The notes beneath the pieces are model-generated. The model was not told the DNA's origin. It saw only the letters and a list, made by a program, of their open reading frames with translations, and did not search any database. From Alphaproteobacteria bacterium (lineage in GTDB: Bacteria > Pseudomonadota > Alphaproteobacteria > Rhodobacterales > Rhodobacteraceae): 64,000 nt of DNA. Of this stretch, positions 31,321 through 43,215 are shown piece after piece. Made by a program: the position numbers and the translations under genes. The stretch spans positions 181,645-245,644 of the forward strand of contig JAUHXK010000008.1 of NCBI GenBank assembly GCA_030427405.1, in the 5' to 3' direction. Numbering within the stretch: the first letter of the stretch is position 1; each line of letters opens with the position of its first letter.

Positions 31321-31863
31321 ATGAGCCAGCGCGCATATGTGATAGATGAGATGATCTCGGCCAAAGCAATCGCTGCCCGGATCGAAGAGCTTTGCCGCGA
31401 TATCCGGACCGAGTTCGACAACACGGATAAACTTGTTGTCGTTGGCCTGTTGCGGGGCAGCTTTGTCTTTATAGCCGATCTTGTCCGCGAACTGGACCTG
31501 CCCATCGAGGTCGATTTTCTTGAGGCCTCATCTTACGGCGACGCAATGGAAAGCAGCCGGGAAGTTCGCATTCTCAAAGACTTGCGGGGCGCAATTGAGG
31601 GCCGCGACGTGCTGGTCGTCGAAGATATCGTCGACACGGGCCATACGCTGAACCATGTCACGCACCTGCTGCAAAGCCGCAAACCCAATCGCCTGAAATC
31701 CATCGCATTGCTCGACAAACCCAGCCGGCGCGAGGTTGATTTCCGGTCCGACTGGATCGGGTTCGAGATCCCTGATGAATTTGTCGTGGGCTATGGCATC
31801 GACTATGCGCAGCGCAACCGCAACCTGCCCTTTATCGGCAAGGTCAGGTTTATCGAAGACTGA
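31321..31863 (+). CDS. hpt: Hypoxanthine phosphoribosyltransferase
   Basis: [23 protein letters not shown] and FVVGYGID. Confidence 0.95.
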   Translation: MSQRAYVIDEMISAKAIAARIEELCRDIRTEFDNTDKLVVVGLLRGSFVFIADLVRELDLPIEVDFLEASSYGDAMESSREVRILKDLRGAIEGRDVLVVEDIVDTGHTLNHVTHLLQSRKPNRLKSIALLDKPSRREVDFRSDWIGFEIPDEFVVGYGIDYAQRNRNLPFIGKVRFIED

Positions 31864-31902
31864 CGCGCAGCCCCCCCCCAGCGCTTTCACCAAGTCTACG
31901 GT

Positions 31903-33054
31903 TCAGGACGGGTGGCCCAGAACCGCGTCGATTGCCGACAGAAAAATGCCTGTCCCGACCGGGATAAGTTCATCGGGAAAATCATAGTCCGGGTTATGCA
32001 GTTTCGAATGCGTCCGCCCTGCACCAAGCCAGAACATCGCCGTTTTGGAACCGGTTGAAAACTGACCGAAATCTTCCGAGAATTTCTGCGGCTGATCCGA
32101 CAGTCGGCATGTCACACCTTGCGCGTGACAGGCCGAAGACAGCAGCTGAACGGCCTGTGGATCATTGGCGCAGGATGTAAAGATATCCTCGAAGGATATT
32201 GAAAAGGAAAGGTTTTCTTTGTTTGCAACTTGACCGACGAGGCTCTGCGCGTCCTCGATCAATCGCGCCATCCGGGCGTCGGAAACCGTGCGCAACGTGA
32301 CCCATAGTTCCGCATGACCCGGTGACACGCCAAAAGTCTCGGCGCCCAGCTTGGCATGTGTCACGGTCGTCAGGGCATAGGCGTCAACCAACGGGCCGTC
32401 CGCCCCCAGCGCGGCCAGCGCAGGCATCAGAGCAGCAAGGGCTGCGGCGGGCGAGCGCCCTTCATGCGGGGCGGCTGCGTGCGCTGTCTTGCCCGTCAAT
32501 CCAATCCGCATTCCGCGCGACGCACAATTGGCGGGCCCTCTGCACAACTGCACCTCGCCAAGCTCAAGCCCCGGAAGATTGTGCAACGCGAAAAGGAAGT
32601 CGGGCACAAGCGCATCAAAGGCCGGATCATCCCTGAACGCCCGCGCGCCCTGCCCGGTTTCCTCTGCCGGTTGAAAGATCAGCACCACGCGGCCCCGCCT
32701 TGGCCGCGTTGCCCCAAGCGCCCGCGCAACACCTAGGACCATGGCCATGTGACCATCATGGCCACACAGATGCCCCTTGCCCTGACGGCGCGAGGCATGC
32801 GCGGCGTGCGACAGTTCTTGGATCGGCAGACCATCCAGCTCGCAGCGGATACCAACCGTGGGACCCGGCCTGTTCCCATTGAAGACCGCCGCAACGCCGT
32901 GCCCGCCAATGCCGGTCAACAGGCTGTCAGGGGTGCAGGTCTCCAGAATCTGCGAGATCCGTTCTGCGGTTTTGCCTTCATCCCCCGAGATATCGGGAAT
33001 CTGATGCAATTCGCGCCGCAGCCCGGTCAACCAGGCCTGAACCTCTGGTGTCAC
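31903..33054 (-). CDS. M20 family amidohydrolase
   Basis: [28 protein letters not shown] and LHNP. Confidence 0.9.
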   Translation of the reverse strand: MTPEVQAWLTGLRRELHQIPDISGDEGKTAERISQILETCTPDSLLTGIGGHGVAAVFNGNRPGPTVGIRCELDGLPIQELSHAAHASRRQGKGHLCGHDGHMAMVLGVARALGATRPRRGRVVLIFQPAEETGQGARAFRDDPAFDALVPDFLFALHNLPGLELGEVQLCRGPANCASRGMRIGLTGKTAHAAAPHEGRSPAAALAALMPALAALGADGPLVDAYALTTVTHAKLGAETFGVSPGHAELWVTLRTVSDARMARLIEDAQSLVGQVANKENLSFSISFEDIFTSCANDPQAVQLLSSACHAQGVTCRLSDQPQKFSEDFGQFSTGSKTAMFWLGAGRTHSKLHNPDYDFPDELIPVGTGIFLSAIDAVLGHPS

Positions 33055-34001
33055 ATTGCGCCCAGTTTCTTTTGGCGTGCCTCGCGCAGGCGCGCGAAAT
33101 CGTCACCCGCATGATAGGACGACCGCGTCAGCGGTGTGGCCGAAACCATCAAAAACCCTTTGCCAAAGGCCGCTTTTTCATAGGCCGCAAATTCCTCGGG
33201 CGTCACGAAACGATCTACGGCGTGGTGTTTCGGCGTGGGTTGCAGATATTGGCCGATCGTCAGGAAATCGATATCCGCCGCGCGCATGTCATCCATCACC
33301 TGCCGCACCTGCTGTTCCTCTTCGCCCAGCCCGACCATGATGCCGGACTTGGTAAAGATCGCCGGATCAAGCTCTTTGACCCGCTGCAACAGGCGCAGCG
33401 AATGGAAATAGCGGGCACCGGGGCGGACTTCGGGGTACAGGCCGGGAACGGTTTCCAGGTTGTGGTTGAACACATCTGGCTTTGCCTCGACCACGGTTTC
33501 AAGAACCGATTCATCGCATTTCAGAAAATCCGGGGTAAGAATCTCGATCGTAGTCTTCGGCGACCGATGGCGCACGGCCCGAATGGTCTGGGCAAAGTGA
33601 TCGGCCCCGCCATCAGTCAGGTCATCCCGGTCGACCGACGTGATCACGACGTGGTTCAGGCCCAGTTTTTCGACCGCGTGCGCAACCCGTCCCGGCTCGA
33701 ACACGTCCAGGTCATCGGGGCGTCCGGTCGCAATATTGCAAAAGGTACAGCCGCGCGTGCAGATCTCGCCCATAATCATCATGGTGGCGTGGCCCTGGCT
33801 CCAGCATTCGCCGACATTGGGGCACCCGGCCTCTTCGCAAACGGTCACCAGGTTGTTGTCGCGCATGATCCGGCGTGTGTCTGCGTATCCCTTCCCGCCC
33901 GGCGCCTTGACGCGAATCCAGTTGGGTTTCTTGGGCTGAGCGTTGTCGGGGCGATGTGCCTTTTCGGGATGGCGTTGCTCGGGAATCTTCAGATCACGCA
34001 C
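33051..34001 (-). CDS. lipA: Lipoyl synthase
   Basis: [20 protein letters not shown] and C-terminal RSSY. Confidence 0.97.
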   Translation of the reverse strand: MRDLKIPEQRHPEKAHRPDNAQPKKPNWIRVKAPGGKGYADTRRIMRDNNLVTVCEEAGCPNVGECWSQGHATMMIMGEICTRGCTFCNIATGRPDDLDVFEPGRVAHAVEKLGLNHVVITSVDRDDLTDGGADHFAQTIRAVRHRSPKTTIEILTPDFLKCDESVLETVVEAKPDVFNHNLETVPGLYPEVRPGARYFHSLRLLQRVKELDPAIFTKSGIMVGLGEEEQQVRQVMDDMRAADIDFLTIGQYLQPTPKHHAVDRFVTPEEFAAYEKAAFGKGFLMVSATPLTRSSYHAGDDFARLREARQKKLGAM

Positions 34002-34265
34002 GGTCGTCTATCCTGACTTTGGGTCAATTCGGTGTTCCCATAACATAGCTTGCGCGCAAGAATTAGGCCAGCCGTGCATAACCGCTATGCATTGCCGCCG
34101 TGCAAGCGCAGAAAAACAGCACAGATCGGCCGATCAAAGCCCAAATTTTACAAGCCAAATCATAAGCCACACCTCATTTTGCAACTGCAGCGTATCTGGC
34201 ATTGAAGACCGGTCGGATTCCTTTTACTCCACATGGGAAATTTCCAAAGTCACAGGAGTTCGAAC

Positions 34266-34814
34266 ATGAAGACTGGCGCAAAACTGCCCGCGGTTACCTT
34301 TCACACCCGTGTGCGCGACGCATCGATCGAAGGCCCCAACCCGTTCCGCTGGGAAGACAAGACCACAGCCGACTATTTTGCTGGCAAGCGGGTTGTCCTG
34401 TTCTCGCTTCCCGGTGCGTTCACACCCACATGCTCGACCTACCAACTGCCCGGTTTCGAGGACAACTTTGACGCGTTCAAAGCCAAGGGTGTCGACGAGA
34501 TCTATTGCATGTCGGTCAATGACAGCTTTGTCATGAACAAATGGGCCCAGGATCAGGGTCTGAAAAACGTCAAAGTCATTCCCGATGGTTCGGGCGAGTT
34601 CACCCGCAAGATGGGTATGCTGGTCGACAAGGATAACCTTGGATTCGGCATGCGCTCGTGGCGCTATGCGGCCATCATCAATGACGGCGTCGTCGAAGCC
34701 TGGTTCGAAGAGCCCGGCCTGATGGATAACTGCCCCGAAGATCCTTATGGCGAATCGTCGCCGGAAAACCTGATGGCCCATCTGAACGAGGCCAAGGAAC
34801 CGGCCCTGGCCTGA
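34266..34814 (+). CDS. Peroxiredoxin, Prx5 type
   Basis: LPGAFTPTCS, SVNDSFVM and RSWRYA. Confidence 0.92.
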   Translation: MKTGAKLPAVTFHTRVRDASIEGPNPFRWEDKTTADYFAGKRVVLFSLPGAFTPTCSTYQLPGFEDNFDAFKAKGVDEIYCMSVNDSFVMNKWAQDQGLKNVKVIPDGSGEFTRKMGMLVDKDNLGFGMRSWRYAAIINDGVVEAWFEEPGLMDNCPEDPYGESSPENLMAHLNEAKEPALA

Positions 34815-34837
34815 GGGTTGGTGCTGGAAAAAAGCGG

Positions 34838-34866
34838 GGGCCTGCCATTTGGCGGGCCCTTTTCTT
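34838..34866. terminator. Probable bidirectional terminator between prx and oxyR
   Basis: GGGCCTGCCA..TGGCGGGCCC stem, A-tract upstream and T-tract downstream. Confidence 0.65.
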
Positions 34867-35789
34867 TAGGTCCGGGTTGCCGTGACGATACCCTGCCCCA
34901 CTTCACGAATGACGCCTGCCAGCCGGTCCAGCCGGTCTTCGTCGCCCGTCGAGCCCCGACAGACCAGCCCGATGGTCCGAAACGGTTCCGGCGCGCCGAA
35001 ACGCAGCAGTTGCAACCCAGGAACAGCCTCGGATTCGGAACGGGCCGCCAGTTCCGGCATAAGGGTCAGACCGAACCCCTCGGCCACAAGCCGCGACAAT
35101 GTTGCCAGTGACGAGGCCCCCATGTTGATCTGGGCGCTTGTCCGGTCCTGCCCGCAGACATCAAGCGCCTGATCGGTCAGGCAATGCCCGTCTTCCAGCA
35201 GCATAAGCTGGGCGGCCTTCAGATCAATCGGCCTCAGAGCGTCGGGGTCTGTGGTCAGGCGGCCCAGCCGCGCGGCGCTGCCGGCCAAAAGGAACCGGTC
35301 GTCAAACAGCGGCACCTCTTTCATATCGCTTCCGCCGGCGGGCAAGGCCAGGACGGCTGCGTCAATTTCCCCGCCGCGCAACATCGACAGCAATCGTTCG
35401 GTCCGGGCTTCGCGTATCTGAACCCGAAGCGACAGGTCGCCAGACCGCAACCCGGCCAGAACACCCGGCAACAAATAAGGCGCAACGGTCGGGATGAATC
35501 CAACCGAAAGCGACCTTTGACCGGCTGAATGATCGCGGGCAAACCTGTCAAGCTGGTCCGCCGCGCCCAGCACCTGCCGGGCATGTTCCAGAACGTCCCT
35601 GCCCAGCGGCGTCAGGAGGATATCGCGCGCGCGCCGTTCAAACAGCGCGCCACCAATCGTTTCCTCCAACGCCTTGATCTGAATTGACAAAGCAGGTTGC
35701 GACACATGGCACACCTGTGCCGCACGGCCAAAGTTGCGCTGCGCCGCCACGGCCCGGAAATATTGCAATTGCCTAAGCGTAAAATTCAT
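34866..35789 (-). CDS. oxyR: OxyR, LysR-family peroxide sensor
   Basis: LysR HTH; LEDGHCLTDQALDVC carries both redox Cys; SSLATL. Confidence 0.88.
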   Translation of the reverse strand: MNFTLRQLQYFRAVAAQRNFGRAAQVCHVSQPALSIQIKALEETIGGALFERRARDILLTPLGRDVLEHARQVLGAADQLDRFARDHSAGQRSLSVGFIPTVAPYLLPGVLAGLRSGDLSLRVQIREARTERLLSMLRGGEIDAAVLALPAGGSDMKEVPLFDDRFLLAGSAARLGRLTTDPDALRPIDLKAAQLMLLEDGHCLTDQALDVCGQDRTSAQINMGASSLATLSRLVAEGFGLTLMPELAARSESEAVPGLQLLRFGAPEPFRTIGLVCRGSTGDEDRLDRLAGVIREVGQGIVTATRT

Positions 35790-35802
35790 AACCTTTACTT
35801 AT
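35788..35802. promoter_or_regulatory. LysR/OxyR-type autoregulatory site
   Basis: ATAA-N7-TTAT (T-N11-A) overlapping the oxyR start codon. Confidence 0.55.
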
Positions 35803-35851
35803 CACGCGCGCCGAAAGCCGCAAGACAATCAAATGGGAAAACCCGGCCAAC

Positions 35852-36970
35852 CTAGCCGATCATTCGGTCCTGATCCGATTGTTCCTCGTAGTGACGCTTT
35901 AGCCGTTGCAAGGCGATCCGCAAAACGATCTTGCCGGATCTTGCCGACCAGCCCATGCGTTTTTCCGCCTGCTCCAACCCTTCAAGGTAGCAACAGCATC
36001 GCAAAGCAACGTCGCTTAACCCTGGTCCCAGGTCGGCCAGCGCCCGCGCCACACGGTCCCTCGCAGCCGATGACCCCCGCCCGGTCTCTGCCCCGAACAT
36101 GAGCCCGTTCTGTCCCCCGCCAGTCAGGAAACGCTCCCAGTTCTGCGCAACCTGCGGACCGATCTGGGCAAGCTCGAAATCTTCGCGCAGCCGCTCTCCG
36201 GCGCTGACCAGCGTTTCGTCCAGAAACAGCTTTCCGTCGCGATCCCTGCGTCGGGACAAGGCGATCAACGGGCTTTCGGAAACGCTGTAGCGGGCGCGCC
36301 TGGGCACGGCATTGCCCGGATCGCCCCCGGCCTGCGCACCGGCCGCATGAAAGGGCGATTGCGCCTCGGCCAGTCCGAATTCGCTGCGGCTTCGGGCACG
36401 GTTTTCGGCCTCGGCGACCAGATGGCTCAGCGCCGCGCGCCCTGCGGCAGATATCCGATAGCGCGAAATGCGGCCTGGTTTGTCGCAGCTGATCCAATCC
36501 TTGAGAGCCAATGCCTGCGCGATGGCGCATTCCACCACCGCCGTCCGCGTGGTTCCGGTTTCGCCATTGTCGCGCACGACCACGGCCTTATCCATTTCTT
36601 CGGCCACGGCAAGAACCGCGCCGGTTTCGCACAGCCGCCGCAGTATACGCAGCGCCTCGCCGTCAAACGTCTCTTGCTCGGATGAAAATGCATCCTCATC
36701 ACTTGGCGCAAACATGCCCGGCGCAGAGCCGGTCGTCGTGTCATCCACGGACGGAAAATGGCATTGGGCCAGCGATTGCAATGCCGCGTCCACAAGCGGG
36801 TCATCGCGCCGCATTTCAATCCGGCGTATCTGCCTGAGAATTGTTGACGCGTGACACCCGGCGGACCGAGCGATGTCACGGATGGACCGCCCCGCTTCGG
36901 TATGCGCCAGATATCTCTGTGCCCCTTCGGGAACCCATGCCGGAACGGTGAAATCCATGTGTTTTTCCAT
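35852..36970 (-). CDS. gafA: GafA-like gene transfer agent activator (HTH plus DUF6456)
   Basis: N-terminal SIRDIARSAGCHASTILRQIRR; C-terminal LEGLEQAEKRMGWSARSGKIVLRIAL; located between lipA and guaA. Confidence 0.75.
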   Translation of the reverse strand: MEKHMDFTVPAWVPEGAQRYLAHTEAGRSIRDIARSAGCHASTILRQIRRIEMRRDDPLVDAALQSLAQCHFPSVDDTTTGSAPGMFAPSDEDAFSSEQETFDGEALRILRRLCETGAVLAVAEEMDKAVVVRDNGETGTTRTAVVECAIAQALALKDWISCDKPGRISRYRISAAGRAALSHLVAEAENRARSRSEFGLAEAQSPFHAAGAQAGGDPGNAVPRRARYSVSESPLIALSRRRDRDGKLFLDETLVSAGERLREDFELAQIGPQVAQNWERFLTGGGQNGLMFGAETGRGSSAARDRVARALADLGPGLSDVALRCCCYLEGLEQAEKRMGWSARSGKIVLRIALQRLKRHYEEQSDQDRMIG

Positions 36971-37020
36971 AGTTATTCGCCCTCATCGACAGAACTACAT
37001 TCAATTGTCCGCCAAAGAAT

Positions 37021-37034
37021 TTTGGTTAACCAAA
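37021..37034. promoter_or_regulatory. Perfect palindrome upstream of gafA
   Basis: TTTGGTTAACCAAA, containing a TTAAC half-site. Confidence 0.5.
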
Positions 37035-37064
37035 TCTAACTAGAGTGGCTTTTGTTACTCGTTC

Positions 37065-37080
37065 GTTAACCGCTGGCGGC
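37065..37080. promoter_or_regulatory. CtrA-box-like site
   Basis: TTAC-TCGTTCG-TTAAC, one mismatch from TTAA-N7-TTAA(C). Confidence 0.55.
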
Positions 37081-37209
37081 ACGAACCAGAATTGATTCAA
37101 AATTATAAACAGCCGTGAAGCCATCGTTCGGCGCGAACGATCCAAAGGCAACACCCGTTTAGGTTGTGTCACAAAAGGGCGACTGAAATCAGACCGAAAG
37201 GATCGCCCG

Positions 37210-37509
37210 ATGCAGGACCTTATGACAATGATCACGACTCTGCGCCGCCCTCGCCTGTTGACGCGGGCCGCCAAGATCGGGGCGCGGGATTATGATCGGG
37301 ACCGTCACCTGCAACGCATCCTCGGATATGGTGCAATGCCGGGTTCGGGCGCTGCCCTGATCCGGTTGATCGAGATGGAAAAGGAACAGAACTCTCGTCG
37401 GCGGGACAACGATGCTGCCTATTCGCTGGTCCGGCACCTGGACCTGCTGATTGCGCTGATCGGCGAGGCGCAGCTGTTTCAGGCCAGCCGCACCTCGCAA
37501 TACCAATGA
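37210..37509 (+). CDS. DUF6477-like small protein divergent from gafA
   Basis: LRRPRLLTRAAKIG...YDRDRHL...YSLVRHLDLLIALIGEA. Confidence 0.7.
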   Translation: MQDLMTMITTLRRPRLLTRAAKIGARDYDRDRHLQRILGYGAMPGSGAALIRLIEMEKEQNSRRRDNDAAYSLVRHLDLLIALIGEAQLFQASRTSQYQ

Positions 37510-39054
37510 TCAGGTAAAGGCGTCAGGCATCGAGGCTTTCTTTTCCGCCACATAGGCCGCCAACGCGGCCGCGATGTCGGGGTCAAGCTGCGGTTGCTGG
37601 TAATTCGCCAGCAAAAAGTCAACCCGCGCGGATGCCAGTGCCCTTGTATCGCGGGCGCCTTCCTCTTCCCAGGTTTCGAAAGGCTTGTAGTCCAGCAGGT
37701 CGGTTTTCCAGAACGCTTCCTTGAAATTGGCCTGCGTATGCGCGCAACCAAGATAGTGACCGCCCGGCCCGACTTCGCGAATGGCGTCCATGGCTTGGGC
37801 ATTTTCGTCATAAGCGACGCCCTTGGCCAGCCCGTGCAGAACGCCCAGTTGATCGGCATCCATCACGAACTTTTCGAAATCGGCCACCAGACCGCCTTCG
37901 AGCCAGCCGCAGGAATGCAGCATGAAATTCACGCCCGCCATCAACCCCATGTTCAACGAATTCGCTGTTTCATAGGCGGCCTGCGCATCCGGCAGCTTTG
38001 AGCCGCAGAATGATCCGGCCGAGCGGTATGGCAGGCCCAGCCTGCGGGCAAGCTGCCCTGCGCCATAGGTGATATGGGCCGCTTCGGGGGTGCCGAATGT
38101 CGGCGCGCCGGAATTCATGTCGATCGAGGTGACAAAGGCGCCGAAGATCACCGGCGCGCCGGGGCGGATGATCTGGCTGTAGGCGACGCCGGCCAGAACC
38201 TCGGCCAGCACTTGTGTCAGGGTTCCGGCCACCGAAACCGGGGCCATCGCGCCGCCCACAATGAACGGAGAGATAATGCAGGCCTGGTTGTTCTTCGCAT
38301 AGACCTCAAGCGCGCCCATCATCACATCGTCAAACGTCATGGGCGAGTTGATATTGATCAGCGAGGTCATGACCGTGTTTTCCTGCACGAAGTCCTTGCC
38401 GAACAGTATTTCGCACATTTCGACCGAATCCTGGGCCCGGGCAGGATCGGTCACCGACCCCATAAAGGGTTTGTCCGAAAGCGTCATATGCGCCATCAGC
38501 ATATCAAGGTGCCGTTTATTGACCGGAACATCCGTCGGTTCACAAACCGTTCCGCCCGAATGGTGCAGCCATTTGGACATATAGGCCAGCTTTACGAACT
38601 TGTTGAAGTCATCCATCGTCGCATAGCGGCGCCCGCCTTGTGCGTCACGCACGAAGGGCGGCCCATAGACCGGCGCAAGCACCAGGTTGCGACCCCCGAT
38701 CACAACCGATTTTTCAGGGTTGCGGGCGTGTTGCGTGAACTGGCTTGGCGCTGTTTTGATCAACTCACGGGCCAGACCGCGCGGGATGCGGACCCGTTCG
38801 CCATCGACGCTGGCCCCGGCATCGCGCCACCGCTGCAGCGCCGCAGGATTGTCGACGAAATTTACGCCGATCTCCTCCAGAACCGTTTCCGCGTTCGCTT
38901 CGATAATCTCAAGCGCCTCGTCGTTGAGGATCTCGAAATTCGGAATGTTGCGTTCAATATACTTGGCGGTCTCGATACGGACAGCGGTGCGCTCGGCCCG
39001 GCGGGCGGCGCCACCGCCGCCTCGCGCTCTGCGTCGGGTGTTTGCCTCGGTCAT
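37510..39054 (-). CDS. Trimethylamine methyltransferase (MttB) superfamily, non-pyrrolysine
   Basis: APSQFTQHARN, CEPTD, DKPFMG, NINSP and KLPDAQAAYE; no in-frame amber codon. Confidence 0.9.
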   Translation of the reverse strand: MTEANTRRRARGGGGAARRAERTAVRIETAKYIERNIPNFEILNDEALEIIEANAETVLEEIGVNFVDNPAALQRWRDAGASVDGERVRIPRGLARELIKTAPSQFTQHARNPEKSVVIGGRNLVLAPVYGPPFVRDAQGGRRYATMDDFNKFVKLAYMSKWLHHSGGTVCEPTDVPVNKRHLDMLMAHMTLSDKPFMGSVTDPARAQDSVEMCEILFGKDFVQENTVMTSLININSPMTFDDVMMGALEVYAKNNQACIISPFIVGGAMAPVSVAGTLTQVLAEVLAGVAYSQIIRPGAPVIFGAFVTSIDMNSGAPTFGTPEAAHITYGAGQLARRLGLPYRSAGSFCGSKLPDAQAAYETANSLNMGLMAGVNFMLHSCGWLEGGLVADFEKFVMDADQLGVLHGLAKGVAYDENAQAMDAIREVGPGGHYLGCAHTQANFKEAFWKTDLLDYKPFETWEEEGARDTRALASARVDFLLANYQQPQLDPDIAAALAAYVAEKKASMPDAFT

Positions 39055-39278
39055 GAGATAATCCCGTAAGTTTGGTTAAGGTTGGCAGCGTTTTACATGA
39101 CGGCACGGGCCGACCAGATGTAGATTACGGCGCTATCGGGGGAAAAGCGACATGGGATCCCCGTCACCGGCCATTTTGCCCCTTGGCCACCCCCAGGGCA
39201 GCCCGCCGCGTTGATCAATGCGCCCGGCGGGCGTCATAGCGCTTGCACATGCAGGACTTGCGACCTAAGAGCCGGGGT

Positions 39279-40838
<1,560 letters not shown>

Positions 40839-40845
40839 GCAAAGG

Positions 40846-40868
40846 GCCGGGCACTGCCCGGCTTTTTT
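40846..40868 (+). terminator. Intrinsic terminator after guaA
   Basis: GCCGGGC-ACT-GCCCGGC followed by T6. Confidence 0.75.
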
Positions 40869-40935
40869 GTCGCCATCCGGCGTGCAATTAAAGGCTATTG
40901 GTCAATTGCAGCACCAGCGAACATCGGAGCCCGCC

Positions 40936-41835
40936 TTGGTTGAAAACAAGACCCAAATCGGCAAGGCCGCGCTGTGGATGACCGGCGCGATTGCCTCGTT
41001 TTCATCAATGGCCGTCGCGGGCCGCGAACTGAGCCTGCATCACGATACGTTCGAGATCATGATGTACCGCAGTTTCGTCGGTGTTCTGATCGTCATGGCC
41101 GTTTTGACCGCAACCGGAACCTGGGCGAAGGTTTCGACCGACCGCCTGGGTCTGCACGCAGTTCGGAACACACTGCATTTCACTGGTCAGAACCTCTGGT
41201 TCTATGCGGTGGGCGCCATCCCGCTGGCGCAGGTCTTTGCGCTGGAATTCACGCAGCCTATCTGGGTCATCCTGTTGTCGCCCTTGCTGCTCAAAGAACG
41301 CCTGACCGTGCTACGGGCAATGTCCGCGCTGATTGGATTTGTCGGCATCCTGGTTGTAACCAGACCGGGCGCGGCCACGCTCAACCCCGGGCTTGTCTGC
41401 GCGGCACTTTCTGCGATTTTCTTTGCCCTTACAACGATCTCCACCAAAAAGCTCACCCAAACTGCCAGCATTGGCTGCATCGTCTTCTGGCTGACGGTGA
41501 TGCAGGCCGTCCTGGGGTTTGCCGCCGCCGGTCTGGATGGTCAGATCGCCGCTCCGACCTGGCAAACAGCGCCTTTCCTGGTGCTTGTGGGGTGCGCCGG
41601 ACTGCTGGCACATTTCTGCATTACAAATGCGCTCGCCATCGCCCCTGCAACGGTCGTCGTGCCCTTTGACTTTGCGCGCCTGCCGACCATCGCGATTGTC
41701 GGGATGCTGCTGTACCACGAACCGCTGGACCACTGGACATTGACCGGGGCGGCAATCATTTTTGCCGGGATTTTCCTCAACGTCTGGTCCGAAAACCGTA
41801 GCAACGTTGCAACAACTCGCCGGACCGTGCGCTAA
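40936..41835 (+). CDS. DMT/EamA family transporter
   Basis: About ten hydrophobic segments in two EamA-like repeats; the TTG start at 40936 with upstream GGAG is tentative. Confidence 0.82.
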   Translation: MVENKTQIGKAALWMTGAIASFSSMAVAGRELSLHHDTFEIMMYRSFVGVLIVMAVLTATGTWAKVSTDRLGLHAVRNTLHFTGQNLWFYAVGAIPLAQVFALEFTQPIWVILLSPLLLKERLTVLRAMSALIGFVGILVVTRPGAATLNPGLVCAALSAIFFALTTISTKKLTQTASIGCIVFWLTVMQAVLGFAAAGLDGQIAAPTWQTAPFLVLVGCAGLLAHFCITNALAIAPATVVVPFDFARLPTIAIVGMLLYHEPLDHWTLTGAAIIFAGIFLNVWSENRSNVATTRRTVR

Positions 41836-41880
41836 AAATTACGTTCGGTAACGAAACCGCAGCTAACGTATGGTCACCAG

Positions 41881-41896
41881 TTGACGGTTTTTTAAC
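41881..41896. promoter_or_regulatory. CtrA-box-like site
   Basis: TTGA-CGGTTTT-TTAAC upstream of the FadL-like gene. Confidence 0.35.
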
Positions 41897-41992
41897 GTCC
41901 ACGCGATTATCAGGGACCTTTGCAAAACCGCCGGCCGGGCAACATCTGTTCGCGCATCGGAGGTTTTTTGGACAGTGAATGGGGAGGAAATA

Positions 41993-43117
41993 ATGAGAAA
42001 GGCGCTACTATCGGCTTGCGCACTATGTGTTGGGGCGACAGCAGGTTACGCGGGAGGTTTGGACCGCAGTGGACAAGGCATCAACCTGATTTTCGAAGAA
42101 GGATCAGCAGTACAATTCCGGCTGGGCTATACCAGTCCCAGCGTCAGCGGGACCTTGGGCGGTGTTGAATCGGGAAATGTCGCGAACAGCTTCTTTACCC
42201 CGCATCTTGGTTACAAAACGGACCTGACCGAAAGGTTGGATTTCGCGCTTGTCTATGACCAGCCCTTTGGTGCGGATGTCGAATACGGGTCGAACTATCC
42301 TTTGTCACAGAACCCGACCGCAGCCTTTGGCGGCCGCAGCGGCGTTCTTCAGGCATCGGCGGACACGGACGCAATCACCGCCTTGCTGCGCTACAAGTTT
42401 GATGGCGGTTTCAGTGTCATCGGCGGCCTGCGCGCGCAGCGCTTGACCGGCAACGTGACCGTCCCAGCGGCTGCCGGATACCAAACGGATATCGACCCGG
42501 AAATCGACTTTGGCTATGTTCTGGGCGTGGCCTGGGAAAAGCCCGAAATCGCCGCACGGGTGGCGCTGACCTATAACTCGAAGATCACGCATGACCTGTC
42601 GCAAACCGAATCCGCGAACGTGGTTCCGCCGATTCCCGCTGGTCTGATCTCGCAGAACACGCAGACCGAGGTTGTGACCCCGCAATCGGTGAACCTTGAT
42701 TTCCAGACGGGCGTTGCACCGAAAACGCTGCTGTTCGGTTCGATCCGCTGGGTGGACTGGCCGCAGGCGGTCTATGCCCCGCCGGTTTATGTCGGAATCA
42801 CCGGCGACAACCTGCTGGATTATGACGACGACACCTTCACCTACACCCTGGGTCTGGGCTACCAGTTCTCCGAGGAGTTTTCTGGCGCCGTGACCCTGGG
42901 GTATGAAACCTCGACCGGGTCAACCGTATCGGACCTGGGTCCGACCGACGGCTTCTGGAGCATCGGCCTGGGCGGCACCTACAGCTATGAGCAGGCAAAA
43001 ATCTCGGGTGGCATCCGCTATACCGATATTGGCGATGCGACAACAAACCAGGGCGCGCAATTCTCGGGCAACAGCGCCTGGAGCGTGGGCGTTCAAGTCA
43101 CCTACGCCCTGAACTGA
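41993..43117 (+). CDS. OmpP1/FadL/TodX family outer-membrane protein
   Basis: Signal peptide; GGLDRSGQ N-terminus; YDQPFGADV; amphipathic beta-strands. Confidence 0.85.
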   Translation: MRKALLSACALCVGATAGYAGGLDRSGQGINLIFEEGSAVQFRLGYTSPSVSGTLGGVESGNVANSFFTPHLGYKTDLTERLDFALVYDQPFGADVEYGSNYPLSQNPTAAFGGRSGVLQASADTDAITALLRYKFDGGFSVIGGLRAQRLTGNVTVPAAAGYQTDIDPEIDFGYVLGVAWEKPEIAARVALTYNSKITHDLSQTESANVVPPIPAGLISQNTQTEVVTPQSVNLDFQTGVAPKTLLFGSIRWVDWPQAVYAPPVYVGITGDNLLDYDDDTFTYTLGLGYQFSEEFSGAVTLGYETSTGSTVSDLGPTDGFWSIGLGGTYSYEQAKISGGIRYTDIGDATTNQGAQFSGNSAWSVGVQVTYALN

Positions 43118-43137
43118 TCCGCAGCACCAACCAATCC

Positions 43138-43167
43138 AAGGCCTCGCCCCACCGGCGGGGCCTTTTT
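43138..43167 (+). terminator. Intrinsic terminator
   Basis: AAGGCCTCGCC-CCACC-GGCGGGGCCTT followed by a T-tract. Confidence 0.7.
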
Positions 43168-43215
43168 CGCATGATCCGGGTCGAACCGCCCCGAAGATGA
43201 TGCGACACACAGGGC

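Noticed and set aside
31870-31880. Poly-C run after hpt, and G8 at 15941-15948, as phase-variation tracts or repeat remnants
   Set aside because: Both are essentially intergenic, short and unremarkable in a GC-rich genome; no extended match to the 46-bp element.
34002-34265. OxyR site upstream of the peroxiredoxin
   Set aside because: Plausible biologically, but I found no ATAG-N7-CTAT-like repeat.
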